In this document: in pieces, positions 41,849-45,658 of the stretch
Layout of the letters: each line of letters opens with the position of its first letter
How positions within the stretch are numbered: position 1 is the stretch's first letter
Assembly (NCBI GenBank): GCA_016178535.1
Contig: JACOTD010000075.1
Location: 1 to 45,658, forward strand
DNA from: Candidatus Peregrinibacteria bacterium
GTDB taxonomy: Bacteria > Patescibacteriota > Gracilibacteria > Peribacterales > Peribacteraceae
Length of the DNA stretch: 45,658 nt
Direction of reading: 5' to 3'
The notes under the pieces: generated by a model
Told to the model about the DNA's origin: nothing
Seen by the model: the letters and a program-made list of their open reading frames with translations, nothing else
Database searches by the model: none
Made by a program: the position numbers and the translations under genes

Positions 41849-42895
41849 TCATTGAACTTTCAGATCCACTCCTTCCTCTTCGCAATCCGCTTCCAGCATG
41901 ATCTTCGCGAGCTCCTCGACCGTCGTCTTCGCCTCCCACCCGAGTTCTTTCTTGGCCTTGGAAGCATCGCCGAGCAGGAAGTCGACTTCAGAAGGACGGT
42001 AGTAGTGCGGATCCACCGCGACGATCGTCTTGCCTGTGCGCGCATCGACGTAGATTTCCTCTTTGTTCTTGCCGCGACGATCGAACGGGATGCGCGCATG
42101 ACGCAAGCACATCTCCAGGAATTCCCGCACCGAGGCCGTCCTCCCCGTGGCGAGAACGAAGTCTTGAGGTTTTTCCTGCTGCATCATCTTCCACATGCCC
42201 CAAACGAACTCCGGCGCGTAGCCCCAGTCGCGCCGGGCCTCGAGGTTCCCGAGGTAGAGACACTGCTGCTTGCCCGCGAGGATGCGTGCGAGCGAGAGCG
42301 TGATCTTGCGCGTGACGAAGTTTTCGCCTCTCCGCGGAGATTCGTGGTTGAAGAGGATGCCGTTGACGGCGTAGATCCCGTAGCTCTCGCGGTAGTTGCG
42401 GGTGAGGTAGAACGCGTACGCCTTTGCGCAGCCGTAGGGACTCCGGGGATAGAACGGCGTCGCTTCGTCCTGACGATCCTCCTGCGCAAGTCCGTAGAGC
42501 TCGCTCGAACTTGCCTGGTAGAAACGGGAGGCGACCCCGCTCGTGCGCAGCGCCTCGAGCAGACGCGTGGTCCCCACTCCCGTGATGTCGCCGGTGTACT
42601 CCGGCATGTCGAAGCTGACGCCAACATGACTCTGTGCCGCCAGGTTGTAGATTTCATCGGGCCGGACTGTCTGGAGAACGTGGCCGAGTGAACTCGAGTC
42701 TCCCAAGTCACCGTAGTGGAGGCTGATGGGGAGCCTCGGCGCATTCACGTCGCTGAAGAGGTGATCGATGCGCCCGCGGTTGAAGGTGGACGCCCGCCGC
42801 ACGAGACCGTGCACCTCGTAGCCCTTCTGGAGCAAGAGTTCCGCGAGGTACGAACCGTCTTGACCTGTAATCCCTGTAATCAACGCACGCTTCAT
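41849..42895 (-). CDS. gmd: GDP-mannose 4,6-dehydratase
   Basis: Motifs [60 protein letters not shown]. Confidence 0.92.
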   Translation of the reverse strand: MKRALITGITGQDGSYLAELLLQKGYEVHGLVRRASTFNRGRIDHLFSDVNAPRLPISLHYGDLGDSSSLGHVLQTVRPDEIYNLAAQSHVGVSFDMPEYTGDITGVGTTRLLEALRTSGVASRFYQASSSELYGLAQEDRQDEATPFYPRSPYGCAKAYAFYLTRNYRESYGIYAVNGILFNHESPRRGENFVTRKITLSLARILAGKQQCLYLGNLEARRDWGYAPEFVWGMWKMMQQEKPQDFVLATGRTASVREFLEMCLRHARIPFDRRGKNKEEIYVDARTGKTIVAVDPHYYRPSEVDFLLGDASKAKKELGWEAKTTVEELAKIMLEADCEEEGVDLKVQ

Positions 42896-42923
42896 AGGAG
42901 AAGAATACAGCAACATGCCGAAT

Positions 42924-43111
42924 TGGTGGAGCGTGGGGGAATCGAACCCCGCTCCGCGGTTCTCAAGACGCGGAGGCCAACCTGGCCACGCCCCATAACT
43001 CGGCTGTACGATCGTACACCATTCTTCTTGACGCTCGCAAGGCTAAGAGGGTATGCTGACAATGGTTCTCAAGACGCGGATGGCCTTCCGGGCCAATCGA
43101 ATTCCCGCCCC
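42924..43111 (-). ncRNA. ssrA: tmRNA-like gene (ssrA), unusually short (~188 nt)
   Basis: 5' GGGGCGGGAAUUCGAU..., 3' ...GGAGCGGGGUUCGAUUCCCCCACGCUCCACCA. The acceptor stem has a G3:U70 pair. UCCGCG/CGCGGA forms a P2-like helix. One frame is open to a UGA at 42963-42965. Confidence 0.6.
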
Positions 43112-43148
43112 CGTAAAGGCGGGTTTTTCGTTGGTGTGTAAAAATAGC

Positions 43149-43154
43149 TACACT
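43149..43154 (+). promoter_or_regulatory. -10-like TACACT, 10 nt upstream of the ATG at 43165
   Basis: GCTACACTATGTTGGCTTATG. Confidence 0.3.
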
Positions 43155-43164
43155 ATGTTGGCTT

Positions 43165-44430
43165 ATGAAAGAGACTATTTGCATCGTCGGGCTGGGTTAC
43201 GTCGGTCTTCCCCTCGCCCATGCGTTCGCCAAGGCGGGATACGAAACACTCGGGTACGACATTGCGGAGAAGCGAATCGGGGAACTGCGCCGGGGACATG
43301 ACCGCACGCGTGAACTCAACGAAAAACAATTGAAGGAAGTGACGATGACCTTCAGTGCCGATTCGGAGATCCTCGAGAGAGCAGACATCATCATCATGGC
43401 TCTCCCCACTCCCGTGGACGCAGAGAACAAGCCGGATCTCTCTCCCGTGGAGAGTGCATCGAAGACGGTGGGGAAACATCTGAAGAAGGGCGCCATCGTC
43501 GTCTACGAATCGACGGTGTATCCGGGCACGACCGAGGAGATCTGCGGACCGATCCTCGAGAAAGAATCCGGGCTTGTCTGCGGCAAGGATTTTTTCCTCG
43601 GCTACTCCCCCGAGCGCATCAACCCCGGGGACAAGGAGCACACGGTGACGAAGATCGTGAAGGTGGTGGCGGGGCAGGACGAGAAAACGACGGACGTCCT
43701 CTGCGAGCTCTATAGCTCCGTGATCACGGCCGGCGTTCACCGCGCCCCGAGCGTCAAAGTGGCCGAGATGGCCAAGGCGATCGAGAACGCCCAGCGCGAC
43801 TTGAACATTGCCTTCATGAACGAAATCGCGCTCCTGAGCAACAAGATCGGCATCAAGACCAAGGACGTGCTCGCGGCGGCGGCGACCAAGTGGAACTTCC
43901 TTCCGTTCAAGCCGGGGCTCGTCGGCGGTCACTGCATCGGCGTTGATCCGTACTATCTGGTGGAGAAGGCCCGGCAACTCGGAATGGAGACGCACGTGAT
44001 CGATGCGGGGCGGCAGATCAACGATCGCATGAGCAAGGAAGTGGCGATGCAGGTGCTCAATGCACTGGATGTGTCTCCGGCTAAAGCCCGGATCCTCGTC
44101 CTGGGGCTCACCTTCAAAGAAAACATTCCCGATACGAGGAACAGCAAATCCATGGACGTGGTTCATCATCTGCAAAGCGCCGGCTGCGCGGTCGAGGTCA
44201 ACGATCCGTACGTGAGCGACGAAGAGCTCAAACGCATGGAGATGACGACGGGAGCATGCGAAGAGAATCGCTACGATGCCGTCGTCTTCCTTGCGCCGCA
44301 CCGGGAATACCTCGCAGATGTTCAGGGGATGATCAACGCCGTGAAGAAGGGTGGAGTCTTCTACGATCTTAAATCGCTCGTCGATAGGGACACAATCGAG
44401 AGGGCGGGGAGAAGGTACGTGGCGCTATGA
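43165..44430 (+). CDS. nucleotide-sugar dehydrogenase (UDP-N-acetyl-hexosamine dehydrogenase, TviB/WecC/Cap5O-like)
   Basis: Motifs ICIVGLGYVGLPLAHAFA, ESTVYPGTTEE, GGHCIGVDPYY. 421 aa. Confidence 0.9.
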   Translation: MKETICIVGLGYVGLPLAHAFAKAGYETLGYDIAEKRIGELRRGHDRTRELNEKQLKEVTMTFSADSEILERADIIIMALPTPVDAENKPDLSPVESASKTVGKHLKKGAIVVYESTVYPGTTEEICGPILEKESGLVCGKDFFLGYSPERINPGDKEHTVTKIVKVVAGQDEKTTDVLCELYSSVITAGVHRAPSVKVAEMAKAIENAQRDLNIAFMNEIALLSNKIGIKTKDVLAAAATKWNFLPFKPGLVGGHCIGVDPYYLVEKARQLGMETHVIDAGRQINDRMSKEVAMQVLNALDVSPAKARILVLGLTFKENIPDTRNSKSMDVVHHLQSAGCAVEVNDPYVSDEELKRMEMTTGACEENRYDAVVFLAPHREYLADVQGMINAVKKGGVFYDLKSLVDRDTIERAGRRYVAL

Positions 44431-44565
44431 AATCGGAATTGATAAAAAGATTGAGTGCGCTATGCTCACGACTGATTCCGTCTCTTCTTGAATAATGTGT
44501 TTACGATTTTTTCGACACAAGTAACTGCTCTCGGAGATGCAGCGAGTACGCACATACGTCATTTC

Positions 44566-45658
44566 ATGAATAGCAGAGGAGGAAAGTTCCTTCAATACGC
44601 TATCGTCGGGGTTCTGCTGCTGGCATGTGCAGTGGAGATCTGGCCCATTGCATGGAGTATTCGCGCTGAATTTCATGCGACAGTTTGGGACTTTTTAGTC
44701 GGCGGGAGAGCGATACTGAATGGCTACATCCCCTACAAGGATCATCTCGATGTAAAAGCTCCCGGGGTGTTGTTCCTCGGAGCCTTTTCTCTACTCGTCA
44801 CGGGAGATGGGCGATTCGAGTGGGCTCTCAAGATCGTCATGATGCTCGCGGTCCCGGTACTGATGATGGTTCTTACCTCTCGAGAGACGCGCGCTCGGGA
44901 TTGGTTCAGGCGCTGGTTGCTCATCGCATCCGCTTTTTTGATCGGCTCCGAATTCACGCTCTACGCACTCAAGCGTGGCGGCGACAACGGGAACAATGCC
45001 GAGCCTTTCGGGATTTTTTTTGCACTCTTGTATCTCCTTGTCATTGCCTGGGATCGACAAAAAATGTCGTACTTGCGAGTCGGCCTGGCATCCTTCTTCA
45101 TGCTCTGCACGATTGGGATAAAGGAACCATTTCTCTTCATTTTGCTTGCGATGAATCTCCTGCTTGCCCGAGATGTTCGTTTCTTTCTCCGCTCCTTCCT
45201 GATCCCTCTTGCCATCTCTCTCATATCGGGAACTCTCATCCTTGCCTGCTTGGGATACCTTTGGGCTTACCTGAGGGTCGATATTCCAACGGTCCTGTAT
45301 GACCGTATTCCCTCGGACCAGTCCGTCTTCGTGCGCGGTCTGATGGTCGCCAAAGTCCTGCGAGGAGTGACGATGTATTCTCCGGTGCCGATGCTGGGAT
45401 ACGCAATCTTTTCTCTCTGGGCTCTTCATCCTCTCTATAAATTCGCGGAGAGATGGTGGCTCCTGGTACTGTCGGTGGCGGGGGTCGTACTCTTGACGTA
45501 TTGCACTTCCTTCACCGCGGGTAATTCCCGATTCCCACGCCTAGCCCGGTGGCGCTCTGGCGAGGATTCCCTGCAGTTGCTTCTCAAACAGCGATCTCCC
45601 CTCCGTTCGCCACCGCGTTACTTCTGCAATGACAGTGGAGAGAGAGAACGCAGGAAGC
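44566..45658 (+). CDS. GT-C-like polytopic membrane protein, 3' end outside the window
   Basis: ATG at 44566, hand-translated as open to the window end (364 codons). It is absent from the track because no stop is reached. First-loop motif GYIPYKDHLDVKAPGVLFL. Many TM helices. Confidence 0.6.
   Translation, partial: MNSRGGKFLQYAIVGVLLLACAVEIWPIAWSIRAEFHATVWDFLVGGRAILNGYIPYKDHLDVKAPGVLFLGAFSLLVTGDGRFEWALKIVMMLAVPVLMMVLTSRETRARDWFRRWLLIASAFLIGSEFTLYALKRGGDNGNNAEPFGIFFALLYLLVIAWDRQKMSYLRVGLASFFMLCTIGIKEPFLFILLAMNLLLARDVRFFLRSFLIPLAISLISGTLILACLGYLWAYLRVDIPTVLYDRIPSDQSVFVRGLMVAKVLRGVTMYSPVPMLGYAIFSLWALHPLYKFAERWWLLVLSVAGVVLLTYCTSFTAGNSRFPRLARWRSGEDSLQLLLKQRSPLRSPPRYFCNDSGERERRK

Noticed and set aside
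42963-43184. 73-aa minus-strand ORF
   Set aside because: It covers the tmRNA-like gene. It is interpreted as RNA; only its last codons may serve as the tag reading frame.
1-45658. Alternative genetic code (UGA as sense, as in some CPR lineages or Mycoplasma)
   Set aside because: UGA ends amt, glnA, trmD, korB, flavodoxin and others at homologous C-termini. prfB keeps a UGA frameshift site. No conserved gene needs read-through of UGA.

Overview
GC-rich bacterial chromosomal segment with about 55 genes and the standard genetic code: UGA ends many conserved genes, and prfB keeps its UGA +1 frameshift site. The translation genes are bacterial (infC-rpmI-rplT, prfB, trmD, tRNA-Ser, a tmRNA-like gene). 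The metabolism looks like a reduced fermenter, possibly CPR/Patescibacteria-like (inference only).

Gene blocks, left to right:
- nth.
- glnA-amt plus a coupled membrane protein, with a divergent TrmB-family regulator.
- tagA-like glycosyltransferase and a DsbA-like lipoprotein.
- flavodoxin-korA-korB-trmD-DUF167 operon, divergent from a fused ADP-forming acetyl-CoA synthetase.
- GT2, NIF3-like protein, rplT/rpmI/infC, and two PilN/PilO-like membrane proteins.
- prfB, a histone-fold protein, a GIY-YIG protein, tRNA-Ser and PolX.
- ahcY plus a PfkB-family kinase.
- A roughly 17 kb surface-glycan cluster: ugd, two epimerases, gmd, a TviB/WecC-like dehydrogenase, a Dpm1/GtrA-type synthase, an FAD oxidoreductase and several GT-C-like membrane proteins. 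A HEPN-MNT pair interrupts it.

The most unusual content is non-genic. Three families of small structured repeats are scattered through the window:
1. Hairpins whose arms are tandem 7-9 nt repeats (13 loci).
2. A G-rich hairpin module, GGGG-ACGGGGG-TGGAGG plus an A/C-rich tail (6 copies, 4 of them in one MITE-like array).
3. A GCGGGCA-AGTA-TGCCCGC hairpin element (3 copies, one with a compensatory stem change).

Members of all three families lie in frame inside conserved genes (ugd, an FAD oxidoreductase, trmD, a membrane protein), much like Rickettsia palindromic elements.

Other notable items:
- An exact 30-nt inverted copy of korA coding sequence sits in the upstream spacer of the same operon.
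- The tmRNA-like gene is only about 188 nt and carries an internal 17-nt duplication.
- A HicB-like gene has an in-frame TAG.
- Many genes have a -10-like hexamer only 6-10 nt from the start codon, suggesting leaderless or short-leader mRNAs.

Many long ORFs in the supplied track are antisense artefacts of the GC-rich sequence and were rejected.
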